Source: Octopus bimaculoides (taxonomy: Eukaryota). Taken from it: 64,000 nucleotides of DNA. How positions within the stretch are numbered: position 1 is the stretch's first letter; each line of letters begins with the position of its first letter. A program made the position numbers and the translations under genes. Where the stretch lies: NCBI RefSeq assembly GCF_001194135.2, contig NC_068997.1, positions 46,286,698 to 46,350,697 of the forward strand, written 5' to 3'. Below, piece after piece: positions 1 through 14,277 of this stretch. The notes beneath the pieces were generated by a model. That model was not told the DNA's origin, searched no databases, and worked only from the letters and a program-made list of their open reading frames with translations.

Positions 1-1959
1 AAAAAAATGACACACATTTGATATATTGTTACAAAAAGCAAATTGCTTAGCATTTATTCACACACACACACCCATGTATACCCATTCTCTCACACTCTCT
101 CTCTCACTGCCGAGTGAGCTATACAAGTGAGTTTTAAAATCTCTGATGGGATTTGTTTCAGGCAATCCATGTCTGCAATGAGAGTTGCTCCCTAGTTACA
201 TTTACTGTGCCCCAATTTATGTGTATCAGATTTTATACGTCAAGCAACACAGAAGCACAAATACAATCATTGTTAGTTATACATCTAATGACAATAGGTA
301 TTTGTGGTTGTTTGTACCTTGTTCTTATTAAAGGTTTGTTGTTGTCCTATATTTTTGACTAATGAATAAACAACCTGCTCTAGTTTACATTATTCCAGTT
401 CTTTTAATCACTGTACTATTAGTGGGTCTTTACTACTAGACAGATTTTTTCATGTGAAAAAAACCTTAATAATAGAAAAAAAAGTTGGGGGAAGAATTCT
501 TCAAATTTGTTGGGAAATTTAACCTTATTGTATTTCTGTTGCAATATTCTCTCTTTGTTTCAATTAATTTTTTAAAAAATTAAGAAATTAGTAAAATAAT
601 TTGGTCGTTATTAAGCTGGTGTTTGAAGCCTCCAATTAGCATCAAATTTTGCTGGAAGATTTTAATTTAGATCACTCTAAAACAGGATGTTTTTGTCCTG
701 GAATCAAGATCGGTCTCAGGTGGATTGGTAACTTTTGTATCCTTGCATTTTAGATATACGATTTAACAAACTGGAAGTAAAGCAATGAATTCAAAAATAT
801 ACTTTTGACTACTGCTACTTGAGACTCTAAATACTCTCTGTCATCTCAATGATAATGTTACTCTTTATAATAGCCCAAAGAGTCCATCTGTTAATTACCC
901 AGTGGTGTTAATGTCTATCACCACAACATTTCCCCTTTTGAGATTGACTTCTGTTGGAAGGAAATAAATTTTTTTTTCTTCACCTTTTTAACATGCTCGG
1001 TATGCTGACCACGAGATTCACTTTTTATGAGTATGTCATCAATGTAAGCTATAGCGAAATTGGAATCTGTGAGCATAGTGTCCATAACTATTGTGGCTTT
1101 GGTCTGTTAATATAGCAGTTGAACTTTGGTGTTTGTTTTTGTGTTGTTGTTGTTTAGCCCTAACTTAGTGCTGGTGTAGCAGACATGTGTTCAAAGTATA
1201 CCAGCTTTTATTTGAAGCTTAAGTTGTGTCACACTTTATGACCATAGGGAATAAAATTTCATTGTGACTTACTGAATTATAAATGCATTACTCAATGAGT
1301 CCTACTAAAATCTAAATCTGGCTTAATGTGTTAATCCAAGTAATGTTATCAAATTATGACCTACTAGGTCATGTAATTTTTATTTTCATTTACCCTTTTC
1401 ATACCAAACTGCCCCTGGTTCTATGGTATAAACTCTGTTTTAAAGTGGTTTGAATTAAAACCTCCCATTAAAATTTCATGTTTAATTTATTTCAAGCATC
1501 AGCTTAATAACGAGATAATTATTTTACTATCTATTCTTCATTATTTTCCAAATAAAGCAAAAGAAAAACATGTAATTTAACAGGAATATGGTGACATAAG
1601 GGTTAACTAGGGTACAAACCCTGTGAGTGAATTTGTGAGATGGAAATTGAAAGAAGCCCATTTTGTGTGTGCGTGTGTGTACCTTGTCTTGATAGTGTGT
1701 GATTGTTGCAAGTCCCTGTCATACAAGTGATGTTTGTTTCTGGTCTTCTGTTAAAAATATGTCTTGTCATGTGAAATACTATCTTGCTTGCTTGCTTTGG
1801 AAATGGTGAGGGTTGGCAACAGGAAAAACATCCAGCCAAAGAAACCATGCCTCAACAAATTCCATCCAACCCATGCAGGCATGAAAAAGTGGACATCGAA
1901 TAATGATGAAGTAAGGATGGTCAGTTTTTCCTCTATGTTTGGTGGCTATGATGAAGAGA

Positions 1960-2420
1960 AATAGTTTGGGGGATGAGATTAATAAGATTGAGGATAAGGA
2001 CCTTCCCGTTTGATGAACTCAAATCAACTCACAGAGGAGGATGAGGAGAGGAAGTATTGCATTCCTGTAAATTTCCTGAAAGGGATTGAGTATGGCTTGA
2101 GTGATTGGGTCTATACATAGCATGTGAATGTATGACTTGAGTGAATGGGTTTACTCTGAGTATGTAAATGTATGGCTGTTGACCACTGCTGGGACAGGGC
2201 TCTTGCTCTTGATAGTATGAAAAACCCAGAATCTGTAGGGTTTCTGACTATACCCCAAATGGCTGTGTCCCTATGGAGACATTGTCATTTATATTGTTTT
2301 TTCTCATCTGCTTTCTTATGTGCCTAATCCTTGATCCTAACCTCCACTGGTTTGTAACTTATCCTTGTAATGTCTCCTTATCCATTGCACTTGTGATAAA
2401 ATACAATAAAAAAAAAAAAA
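1960..2420 (+). mobile_element. 5'-truncated LINE 3' end with poly(A) tail
   Basis: Degenerate coding-like stretch followed by AATAAA and an A-run at ~2406-2420. Confidence 0.5.
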
Positions 2421-4958
2421 ATTATTGTTGGTAGCAGAATTGGTAGACAAGCAGTATATCACTATACTTTTTTACTCTAGTCACAAGGTCAGAAAGTTTT
2501 GGGGGCGGGGCCAGTCGATTAGATCGACCCCCCAATACGCAACTGGTTCTTAATTTATTGACCCCGAAAGGATGAAAGGCAAAGTTGACCTTGGTGGAAT
2601 TTGAACTCGGAACTTAAAGACAGATGAAATACTGCTAAGTATTTTGCCCGGCATGCTAAATGCTTAGCGGTTTTTCTTCTGTATATCAAGCAGTATATCA
2701 ATACAACAATGTCTGTGTCTGTGTTGTTAAATGTGTAAGACCACATCGTCATCATCATCAACCCCTGGACATTACTGCTTTGAGAGTTAGGACTCAGGGC
2801 TGGTTTCCATGGTGCATAAGTGAATATGATGCCAGACTGTCACAGGGCTACTCATTTACAACTGAGTGGACTGGAGCAATGTAAAATGAGGTGCTTTGCT
2901 CAAGAACACAACGCACTGCCCTGCCCTATCTGTTATTTGAAGCAGCAATCTTTTGATCTTGAGTACAACACCCTAACCACTAGGCCATGTGCCTTCATTG
3001 TATAAGGTATGCTATTTTATTATTTGGTCATTCACTAATCTGTTCAGAATCATCTTGGTATTCCTATCCTTCTTGAAATCTCTGGTTTGACATGGCTACT
3101 GGGCTGCTTTGTCAGTTCAAGACACTTGATGCCACAAAAAGTACTCTTCTGGTCCTCTTTGTGCCATCAGCCAGCCTGTCTGTGATGTATAATCTGTTGT
3201 GCATGCACTTATTCAATGTTCAGTCATTGCTGATTTATTGGATTTTGTCAAACAGCTGTTGTTGTGAGATTATGGATCCAGTTGCCTGCTGATTCCAGCA
3301 TGAAAATTTCCCACTGATTTCCTTTTGATTGGGAAAGTCTGGTTGTTTTGGTGAATGTGTAGTACTGAAAGTATTGAAGATAGATAGCACTGTGTAACAT
3401 GATTTTTGTCCTTGGGGAGCAACTGTCATTTCTTGTTTGCTTATCTTTAGAAAGTATGAAAAATAGTTAATATTCCCTTCAAACTTTGCTTTTTTACATT
3501 TATTTAAACCCCCAAAGAATCCCTCTCAACACATGGCTATGATGCTCCCTGACTACTCCTGCTCAAGAGCAGAGATGCAGATATTGTCAGTCACTAAGGG
3601 ACATGCTCAAATGGATAAGGTCAAGCAACTGACAAGCAAATCTGTGACATTGAGCAGAATATTTGCTATAATGTTATTTCTGCTTCAGCAGGTCAGCATT
3701 GACTATCTGAAATGTAATGAAAAATAGGTTAGTTTCAAAATACTGATGTCCAGGTCACAAAAGCAAAGTTTGAAGGGAATGGGAGCCATTTCCCTTGATT
3801 TCTTGATAAAAGCAGAAAGGAAGTAACACCTATACAGGCTAAAGGCAAAAAAAAAAATTTGTTACACATTGTAACTTTTCTCTCTTGTCAAGTTCTCATC
3901 ACTGTTTTAAAGTTCCACTTAGAGTGGAAGCTGGAGGGTAGAGTTATGTTACTCTCCAGCAAATTTATTTCGAAGGTGAGTGAGAACGGCAGATATGGCC
4001 TGAGTGATTTGACTTCTCTCTCTCTCTCCATAATCTTGTTGGCTAGAGAGTGACAGCTTGAGTGTTGATAAAGTACCAGTCAAGTACTGGAGTTGATGGT
4101 ATCAACTAATCCTTTCTCCAAAAAATTGCTTCCCTTGTACCAGAATTGCAAATGGTAATTATTATTATTATCATCATCATCATCATCTTCATTATTATTA
4201 TTATTCATGGTTTGAGAAGTAGTGTCAGGAGTTTCCTTTCATCCTCACAAGGAATAAAGGACATCTTGGATGGGCTATGTCTAAATAAAAAATATACAAA
4301 GTTAACCAATTTGATTAGAGGATGCTCTTTCACTGTTTACAGACTCCGGTATAGTTGTTCTCTCAAATATACCTGTCTATATTTATAGGCAATCATCTTG
4401 TGAGAATCTTTATAGAACTGAGTGATTGTCTATTATTACTGCTGTACTAATTACAACTAGGTTAATAGACATTACTTACATGCCGTGATGTTTTCTATTC
4501 AGTATTTATGTCTGTGTAGTTCCTTGACTTCTCAAGTTTCTTTCACACAACATTACAGTCACTCAATGTTGTTCTGTCAGTTATTAACATATTAATGTCC
4601 TTTTTTCTTTCCTTTTTTTTTAATGTTTTTTTCATGGGTTGTATAATAAGTCTTTCTTGTGCTATGAAATCTTTGGATTTTTCTGAGACAGATAGCTTTG
4701 TGTAAACACAGCACAGAGATTAAGTGACCTCGCAGTATATTGGGCATAACAAATGCACACACATATGCGTATACCCTTTACTTCCTTCAGAGAATAGGCC
4801 ATTGACATTTTCTTCCATTGTTCTCAGCTCTAGTTTGTCTTTTCTGTTGCTTCCAGGTCTTGTTGGTTTTACACCGTCATTGAAATTTCGGTAACTTGGC
4901 TTTTTTCCCCTAGGTAGGGTTATTGGCCTCTATTAGTCTGTACTTATTCTATGTAGAT

Positions 4959-5307
4959 AAGTGGTTCTCAGTTGGGGTCCATATAGCCCCTGAGGGTCCA
5001 TATAGGATTTTTGGGGTCCACGCAACAAAAGAGTAAATTGGGGATCTACAATAGTATTTTAAAGGCCTCTGAAAAAATGTTGCTTTCAATTTATGCATTG
5101 GTATGTATTGTAAGAAACAGCTAGGTTTCTTTCTCTAGCATTTTACATTGTTCAACCTCCAAGTTGATGTGTGAAAACCAAAATAGGAATTTTGAAAGAA
5201 GTATCTATAAAACCAGTTTTTAAACATTGAATGGCTTTGTGGGGGTCTACCAAAGTAAAATAATAATCAAAGGGGTCCATAGATAAAAAAATGGTTGAGA
5301 ACCCCTG
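4959..5307. mobile_element. hAT (Charlie-like) MITE
   Basis: Ends (a)agtggttctcag / gttgagaacccctg; 8-bp flanks atgtagat / atttagag (6/8 match). Partial relatives at ~10050-10100, 13780-13895, 57235-57490. Confidence 0.7.
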
Positions 5308-6227
5308 ATTTAGAGCCTATTAGAGTAACCAATAATGTTAAGAAATTTGATTTTGAATTCAATCAAGAAGAGAAAGCACATATCACATCCTGATTAATCT
5401 GGTCATAATCTAGCTTTATAAGTCTGTACTTATTCTATCGGTCTCTTTTGCTGAATCGCTATGTTACTGGGATGTAAGCAAACCAATGCTAATTGTCAAA
5501 CGAGTGGGTGGAACAAACATAATAGCAAACACACACACACAACTGATTATATGTGTGTATGCATGAACAGGGTTGTATGGCTGAGAAGTTACTTCTCAGT
5601 CACACAGCTTTGGGTTCAGTCCCTTTGCATGGTAACATGGCCAAAGTGCCTTGTATGGCCCTGGGCTGACCAATGTCATGTGAAGGATTTTGTTAGATAG
5701 AAACAGGAAGAAGTCTGTCGTGTAAATGTTCACGATCCGTACTGAGCTATGGTTACATTCAATGACATCACTATTTGCAGCTCACCTGCAAGCAGTGATG
5801 TTATTGTTTGTGGTTGGGCTGCAACTGATGATGTTTGTTGACGTTTTCTGTCAATAAATTGTCAGTAAGTTCTTTGCTTTCAAATTCCTTTGGAAACAAA
5901 ACATTCTTTGCTGGCAAAATAGGTAAGTGTTGGTGACAGGAAGACCATCTGGTTGTGAAAGTTGTAGCTCAAATACCATCATATAAACCTTGCTTGCTTG
6001 GAAAAATAGATTTCAAATAAATGAATGAACAAATGATAAATCACTGTTGGGAAAATTGCTCAGCAATGCCATCTACATGAGCAATAGTTAAGCTTATGCT
6101 AAGATAGTTAAGGAAGTATTAACTATTGCTTTTCATGTGTATAGTGTCTCTGGGTAATTTTTTCTTCAATGGTTTATTATTTTAGTAAATGTGTTAATTT
6201 TTATGTTCATTTATTGGACATTATGTA

Positions 6228-6397
6228 GGCACAGCAGTGGCTGTGTGGCAAGAATTTTGTTTCCTAGCCACATTGTCCCGGGTTCAATCCTATGGTATGG
6301 TATGTTGGACAAGTGTCTTCTACTGTAGCTCCAGGCCAACCAAAGCCTTATGATTGGATGGAAACTGAAAGAAAACCATTCTGTGTATGTATATGTG

Positions 6398-6449
<52 letters not shown>

Positions 6450-6690
6450 NNNNNNNNNNNNNNNNNNNNNNNNNNNNNNNNNNNNNNNNNNNNNNNNNNN
6501 NNNNNNNNNNNNNNNNNNNNNNNNNNNNNNNNNNNNNNNNNNNNNNNNNNNNNNNNNNNNNNNNNNNNNNNNNNNNNNNNNNNNNNNNNNNNNNNNNNNN
6601 NNNNNNNNNNNNNNNNNNNNNNNNNNNNNNNNNNNNNNNNNNNNNNNNNNNNNNNNNNNNNNNNNNNNNNNNNNNNNNNNNNNNNNNNNN

Positions 6691-6751
<61 letters not shown>

Positions 6752-6950
6752 TATATCTATGTATGTGTGTCTTTGATTTTGGCCTGCACCACCACTTGAC
6801 AATGGGCGTTGGTTTATTTATGTCCTTGTAATGTAGTAGTTCCACAAAAGAGACTGACAGAATAAGTACTAGGGGTTGATTTGTTTAACTAAATCCTTTA
6901 AAGCAGTGCCCTAGTGTGGGTGCAATCGAAAAACTGAAACATGTAAATGA
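6228..6950 (+). mobile_element. SINE family A (tRNA head, CORE-like motif, internal microsatellite, tail), gapped
   Basis: Head gtggctgtgtgg...gggttcaatcc...ggacaagtgtcttc; (CA)n with N-gap; tail agaataagtac...gtgcaatcg. Confidence 0.85.
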
Positions 6951-7733
6951 TGAAAGCTAATTATGTTTTATGATTCTCTTTTCACTATTTTGGTAAATAC
7001 AGTAAAGACTATACTTTGTTGAAGAGGTCTAATAAGAATGAAACCTGTCCAGAGATGTCTTCTTATCGAAATAATATCAGCACATTCTGTATAGTAAGCC
7101 ACAGAAACCATGCCCAAAATACAACATATGAGGTATGATCTGTCAACTTGTTTGGAAGGGTAGTAAACGCTGAACAAGAACTAACTCAGGCCATGATATG
7201 ACCAGTTGTTCAAACTTTGCCAGCATTGAAACCAGACATATGATGATGTCTTTAAGTTAGTGTCATCTTTTCCTCAATGCATAATTGTTATTAATTAGCT
7301 TTTTGATATGCATTGTATTAAATGTGTTAATACCAGTTGCATGTGGTGGTGATTTGTCGTAGGGTGTGCTATCACGTTGAATCTACTTCTCTGGCGTGAA
7401 TATAAACGTGTAAGTTATTTCTGTATATAATACAACTTCCACCTTACTTTGTTTTTGTGTATGTATTATTAGATTTGAAAGCAAATTATGCCTGGATTGT
7501 ATTATATGATATGTTCGTTCTCTTCTTGATTGAATTCAGGAGCAGATTTCTGACATTATTGGTCCTGTTTTGGCGACTAAACTTCAGCCTTTCTCTCAAT
7601 GTTGAGACATTGTTGCTTTATCTCTATTCTATAAATACTTCCAAAGTTGTTGTTTTGCCAAACTTTCTTCCCTTGTACTTTTGTAAATTTACCAATCAAG
7701 TAATTCACTTTTCTGCTAAATCTCATCCTTTTA

Positions 7734-8999
7734 TTGGGATATCCCATAAATAATGCGGTTTTTTCATACTTCTTTTATTTGTCAAAATTAAGACAAAGTA
7801 CCTTTTTAATCTTAAATATACTCTCCTTCATTTTCTACAATACTCTTCCATCTCTCTGGTAGACTTGCAAGGCCCCTCTTCCAAAATTCACTTGCCCAGG
7901 ATGAAAAATACTCATTGAGTACTGTTCTGATCTCGTCTACAGAATTCATATTTTTTCTGTCCAAATAATTTTGAAGACTGCAGAATAAATGATAATTAGA
8001 TCGGGCATTGTCCAGCAAATATGGTGGATGAGGCATCATTTCCCATTCAAACTTCTCCAGTCTTTGGAAAGTTATCCTTGCTGTATGTGGCTGAGCATTA
8101 TCCTGATGGAAGAACACCTTTTGTCTTGAAACCAGAGATGGTTGTTTTTCTTCTACCACTGACTTAAGCCGCTCAAGCTGCATGTAGTAGATCTCCTTTG
8201 TTATCATTTGGGTTGGGTTTAAAAGTTCAAGGTGGACTAAACCTTTCATATCCCACCAAACAGATAACACCTTATGTGGGTGAAGACCTTCTTTAGCCTG
8301 GTGTGCCAGTGTTTCTCCTTTCCCTATCCACTGTCATCGGCACTTGAAATTTTTATAGAGAATCCGTTTCTTGTCACCAGTCACTATTCGGTCCAAAAAG
8401 GGTTCATTCGTGAGGCGTGACAGCAAAGAAGATTACACATTCACTCTCTGCACGTGAGTAAACTCAGAAAATTTGTGAGGAACCCACTGACCCAATTCGC
8501 TGACTTTTCCAATGGCACACGGGTGTCAATGAACGGTTGAATGACCAAATCCAAGCTTCTCTGCTAGTTCCTCAACAGTTATGATGGGATTTTGTTCCAC
8601 CAGGATTTTCAGGATGTCTTTGTCAAGCTCTTACAAAGCTTCCAGGATGAGGCTCGTTTTCTAGGCTGTTGTTTCTGACTTGGAGTTTCTGAAACCACCA
8701 TTGACACTGGCTTACACTTATTGTCCGATCCCCATATACTGCATTAATATTCTGTTGCATTGTTGCCTTTACTGAACTCATAAAGCAAGATATACCGAAT
8801 ATGCTCCTTTGTCACTTCTATGATAGCTTTGTAAAAATAACTGTTAAAATCGAACTGCACTCTTTAAAATTTGCACTAAGAATAAGGACAAGGTAAAATT
8901 ACTATTTTTCTAGCAAATTGATGCAGGTAGTTTATCCCATCCCCCTCTGACTTTTAGTTCATGCAATTGAAAAACTGCATTATTTATGGGATAACCCAA
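7734..8999 (-). mobile_element. Full-length degenerate mariner (Tc1/mariner) transposon
   Basis: ~28-bp TIRs (ttgggatatcccataaataatgcggttt / aaaactgcattatttatgggataacccaa) flanked by TA at 7732-33 and 9000-01. Transposase runs from a mutated start (ATA-EVTKEHIRYILLYEF, 8821) through DRIVTGD to ORF 7812..8270 (HQDNAQPH, HPPY...YHLF). Confidence 0.93.
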
Positions 9000-10692
9000 T
9001 ACCTTGTTGCTCCCTCCTTCAAGAAGTGTTTCTTCTCTATTTTCTCTCCATGAGCTTCTTGTCTTGTGGCACTCAGTCTCTTCCTTCTCGTTTTTCTTAG
9101 ATAAATATGATCTTAATGTTTTCAAATTTTGCATTTTTTTTTTTTTTGTATGATTCTTGGGGGCAACTTCTCATTAAGTTAAAATAAAATTTTCCCTTTC
9201 CATTTCTTTTGTAATTCCCAACATACTTAATGGTTGCTTGAGGGCTGTTCTATCATTGGTTGTTTGCTGCCTTGTTGGGAATAACTTCTAATAATAATAA
9301 AAAGAAAAAAGGGAAATTGAATTTATCATCTTTGGTAAATATGCCCTTGGTTAACACTAAACTATATAGAGCAGTTGTGTTACATTAGTTTTGTGGTGGT
9401 GNNNNNNNNNNNNNNNNNNNNNNNNNNNNNNNNNNNNNNNNNNNNNNNNNNNNNNNNNNNNNNNNNNNNNNNNNNNNNNNNNNNNNNNNNNNNNNNNNNN
9501 NNNNNNNNNNNNNNNNNNNNNNNNNNNNNNNNNNNNNNNNNNNNNNNNNNNNNNNNNNNNNNNNNNNNNNNNNNNNNNNNNNNNNNNNNNNNNNNNNNNN
9601 NNNNNNNNNNNNNNNNNNNNNNNNNNNNNNNNNNNNNNNNNNNNNNNNNNNNNNNNNNNNNNNNNNNNNNNNNNNNNNNNNNNNNNNNNNNNNNNNNNNN
9701 NNNNNNNNNNNNNNNNNNNNNNNNNNNNNNNNNNNNNNNNNNNNNNNNNNNNNNNNNNNNNNNNNNNTTGGGAACTACAAAAAAAAATAAAAATAATAAC
9801 TACCACAAGGCATATTGTTCCGTATTCTAAGACTTCTGCTAATCTGATTTAACTATTTACTCTCCTCTCCTTTCTTCATGTGTGCTTTTATAATATTATC
9901 CTTACCCATGGCTTCATCACTACTAATAAATCACATTTAAAAAAAAAATTAAAATGTTAAGAATTGTATTAAAAGGTTGTTGAAATATTTTGTGTATTGT
10001 AGAAGTATAACCAACTTATTGCAGATAAATTTCACCAAAATATCTTATATGGACCCCCCCCCCCAAGGGGCCATATGAACCCTGGTTGAGAACCACTGAT
10101 TTAAAGGTTCTTTGCTTGTTGAAATTAATTGTTGTGGTTATTTAGACCTAGCTCAGCAATGTTCAAGTAAACACGTGATCAAGTGCAATCCAGCCATGAC
10201 TAGCTGGTCCTTTATTTAGATTATAAGACAGTGGTGTGATTTAAGGGAGATTAGGATACTAATTCTACCAAATAATTATACAAACTCTGTAGTAACCTTA
10301 TTAAAATTAATTATAGTAAACTGGTTATGTGGAATTTACACCCACAATTAATTAGAAATTGTTGCATATTACTAAGGAATGTACATGAAAGTTGATTTAT
10401 TACTTGGCATCAATTTTGTTGTTTGTTTCCCCTGTACAGATTGTTTCATATAATTCTTGATATTTATAAGGACCAGGATGTTTTGCAGTTGTTTAGCATT
10501 CCTGTTCTTCTAGCAGGAATATGTAGGTGGGCATCACTGAATTTTTTGTTCTTAACTGATTCCAGCAAGTTTGATTACCTGTTTTTCACTTGTTGGAACA
10601 ACAAAAAGAAAGACTGCCACTCCAAGTGTTTTCCTTGTGGGTTTTTATATATTGTATATATTTGTGTGTGTGTGTATGTGTGTGTATATACT

Positions 10693-10853
10693 GCAGGAGT
10701 GGCTGTGTGGTAAGAAGCTTGCTTCCCAATCACATGGTTCCGGGTCCAGTCCCACTGTGTGGCACCTTGGGCAAGTGTCTTCTACTATATCCTTTGGCCA
10801 ACCAAAACCTTGTGAGCAGATTTGGTAGATAGAAACTGAAAGAAGCTTGTTGC

Positions 10854-10855
<2 letters not shown>
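10693..10855 (+). mobile_element. SINE family A head
   Basis: gcaggagtggctgtgtggtaag...ccttgggcaagtgtcttc...gaaactgaaagaagc. Confidence 0.9.
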
Positions 10856-10885
<30 letters not shown>

Positions 10886-10959
10886 ATGTGTGTATATATG
10901 TGTGTATACATCTATGTGTGTATATATATTATATATATATATATGTATATTTGTGTCTT

Positions 10960-11385
<426 letters not shown>

Positions 11386-12295
11386 ATTTAAATCTTATAT
11401 TCAAACACTCTTATAATCTCAGAAAGGAATCGTTTGTATCCAATTAGTTCGGCAAGCTTGATTTTTCGGGGAAATATATCCACAACAGCAACAAAATCTG
11501 ATGGGGGAACATATTTGAGGATGCAGTATAGTAATAGTGGTGATAGTAGTAGTAGTATATGTAATAGTTGTAGTAGTAGTAGCAGTAGTAGTTTTTGGGA
11601 AATACACCAGTTCCATTAATGTGAGAGAGATTTTAGTTTGAAATTCTTCCAAGCGTTTTCAGATGTTTAGAAATTTTACTTTAGATTAATAATTTAGTTT
11701 AAAATTCTGTTTTATGTTTGTGGAATGTCTGTGATTTGCTTCTTTCCCTAGTTTGGCATTGATTCAAAGTGCACAGTTTTAAGACCGAGATAAAATTGTC
11801 AGGTTTATAATTCAGGATGTAATCTTAGAGAGATCTCAGTGAAGCTAAGTTGTCAGGGAATTGAGTTTGCTACTTCAGAAACTTCAGTACTATCTGCTTA
11901 TTTCCATTTACTAGATATCTCTGAAGAGTACATCGATCATTTGGCAAACCAAGAAGATACCTTTTAATTCATTGGTAAAGCTACTTCCATTGAGATTGCT
12001 TAACCCTTTCAATAGTGTCTGATCTGAAACTGCCTCTCCTTTCATTTATGATACAAAGTTCTTGTTTTAAATTGACATAAATTAAAACCTATCAAAATTT
12101 TATGCTAATTTATGTTCCAAACAAATAGCAATAGTTATTTTACTAAATTCTTTATTATTTTATGAATTTATTTTATAAAAGTTATTTTAGGTGCAGGTGT
12201 TGTAGTGTAGTAGAAGTTTGCTTCTTATTACCACGTGATTCTGGGTTCAGTCCCATTTTGTGACATCTTGGTTAAGTGTCTTCTGCTCTGTGTAT

Positions 12296-12510
12296 TCTTT
12301 TATTTGTTTTGGTCATTTAACTGCGGCCATGCTGGAGCACCGCCTTTAGTCGAGCAAATCGACCCCAGGACTTATTCTTTGTAAGCCTAGTACTCATTCT
12401 ATCGGCCTCTGTTGCCAAACCGCTAAGTGACGGGGATGTAAACACACCAGCATCGGTTTTCAAGCAATGCTGGGGGGACAAACGCAGACACTGGCGATAA
12501 CTATTAATTT

Positions 12511-12556
<46 letters not shown>

Positions 12557-12705
12557 GATGAGCTTCTTTCAGTTTCCATCTACCAAATCTACTCACAAGG
12601 CTTTGGTCGGCCCTAGGCTACAGTAGAAGACACTTGCTGAAGGTGCCACGCAGTGGGACTGAACCCGGGACCATGTAGTTGGTAAGCAAGCTACTTACCA
12701 CAAGC
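12296..12705 (-). mobile_element. SINE family A, near full length
   Basis: ggccatgctggagcaccgcctttagtcgagcaaatcgacccc tail, (TA)n, and reverse head. Confidence 0.92.
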
Positions 12706-14183
12706 GGTTCCCCAGCAATCTAATGGCTGAAACAAATAAACGGATAGTTATTCTCTAAATTCCTTGTTCTTAAATTAACTGAAACAAGGGCAGTGTAGTG
12801 TAACTGAAATATAGTAACAAAATGGTTAAGGAAGAAGAAAGGAAAAAAATAACTAGAAAATGACATGGATTTCACAACTGCTAACTTAATTCCCATCAAG
12901 TCATGTGACCCAGTTCCAGTTTCCTTCTAACTCCGTTTCACAACACTTTTTGACGTTGCTGGAGGATATTGAGGAAAACATAAACACCACAAACACCTCC
13001 ATCTGTAGAGTGGAAGTTAATCTCTCAACCTTGTGTGTGCTTATGTAATAGGAAAATCTGTACAAAGACTGTTATCTTGCTGTTATCATTGAATCTAGTT
13101 GTATAACAGCACCAGCTATAGCAGAGCAGGAATTATATTGGCAGCAAGAGAGCTGATGCGTTATTATGTGGTGGTAGTAAGCTTTGGTAATCTTTGATAA
13201 ATGTTGTCAATGGAGACTGTACATTTTTGTGGCTGTTTGCATTAAACATGTTATTAATGAAGATTTGAAAGATGAAACTATAGCTAAATAGTATTCTTGT
13301 ATTTATTCAGCATTATCTTTCATTTGCTTAATGATTATTCTCCTTCCAGGATTGAGTAGTTTTTAATCGTTGTTTCATGCATAAAAAGTATGTGTGTGCG
13401 TGTATAGATATGTATATATGTCATGTATGTGTCTGTGTACATTACATACACACACACACATTAATCAAAGTGTACAGCATTATATATCCATCATGGCCAA
13501 TCTTACCAATTGGTTTTGTACTAGGGGTTCAACAACAGTGATAGGTTGCAGTCTGATTATGTGACCTTGGGCTTTTCAGTGATGGCAATTATGGAATGAA
13601 ATATAGCAACTGCCATATGAGTGCATATTTCTTCTGACTTATGGACTTTTAGACAGTGTGTGTGTGTTTCAAAATTCCTATTTTGTTATTCATATATAAA
13701 CTTGTCTAGGTTAAACTATGCAAAACATTAAAGAAACCTGGCTGTTTCTTGTAATATATACTTCTGAATCAAAAATTTATTCAGGGGTCCTTAAAGTACT
13801 CCTGTGGATCTCCAATTTATTATTTTGCTATGATGGATCCCCAGAAATCTTAATGAACCCCCATGGCTCATATGGACCCCAGCTGAGAGCCAGTGATGTT
13901 GAGGCTTCCTGGTTTGCTTCTAAAGTTGCTGTGTCGTAACCTTTTAGCATTTGAACCAGTCATATCCAGCCAAAATATTCTATTATGCTGTACTGACCAA
14001 ATCTAGCCTCTCACATCTACCTTACAATGTCAGTGTAAAAATAAACAATCATGTCATCGAAATCTTGTGGCCAGAAGCTAATGCATGGTTAAATCAAAAC
14101 AATGTGAATAAATAAGCATTACATTTGACAGAATCATCTGAACACTAAAGGATAAAAACCATCCTTTTTTTTTTATATTCCAG

Positions 14184-14277
14184 ATATTTCTGCTGCTGTC
14201 AGTTCTATTGATACTACTGTCCTATGTTGGGATCCAGCTGATCAGGAAAAAACCTGACACTGATGAGTGCTATACCG
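14184..14277 (+). CDS. LMBR1: LMBR1 coding exon 2 ([32 protein letters not shown])
   Basis: ttttatattccag acceptor, G|gtaagt donor, 94 nt, phase 0 to 1; first TM helix of the family. Confidence 0.9.
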
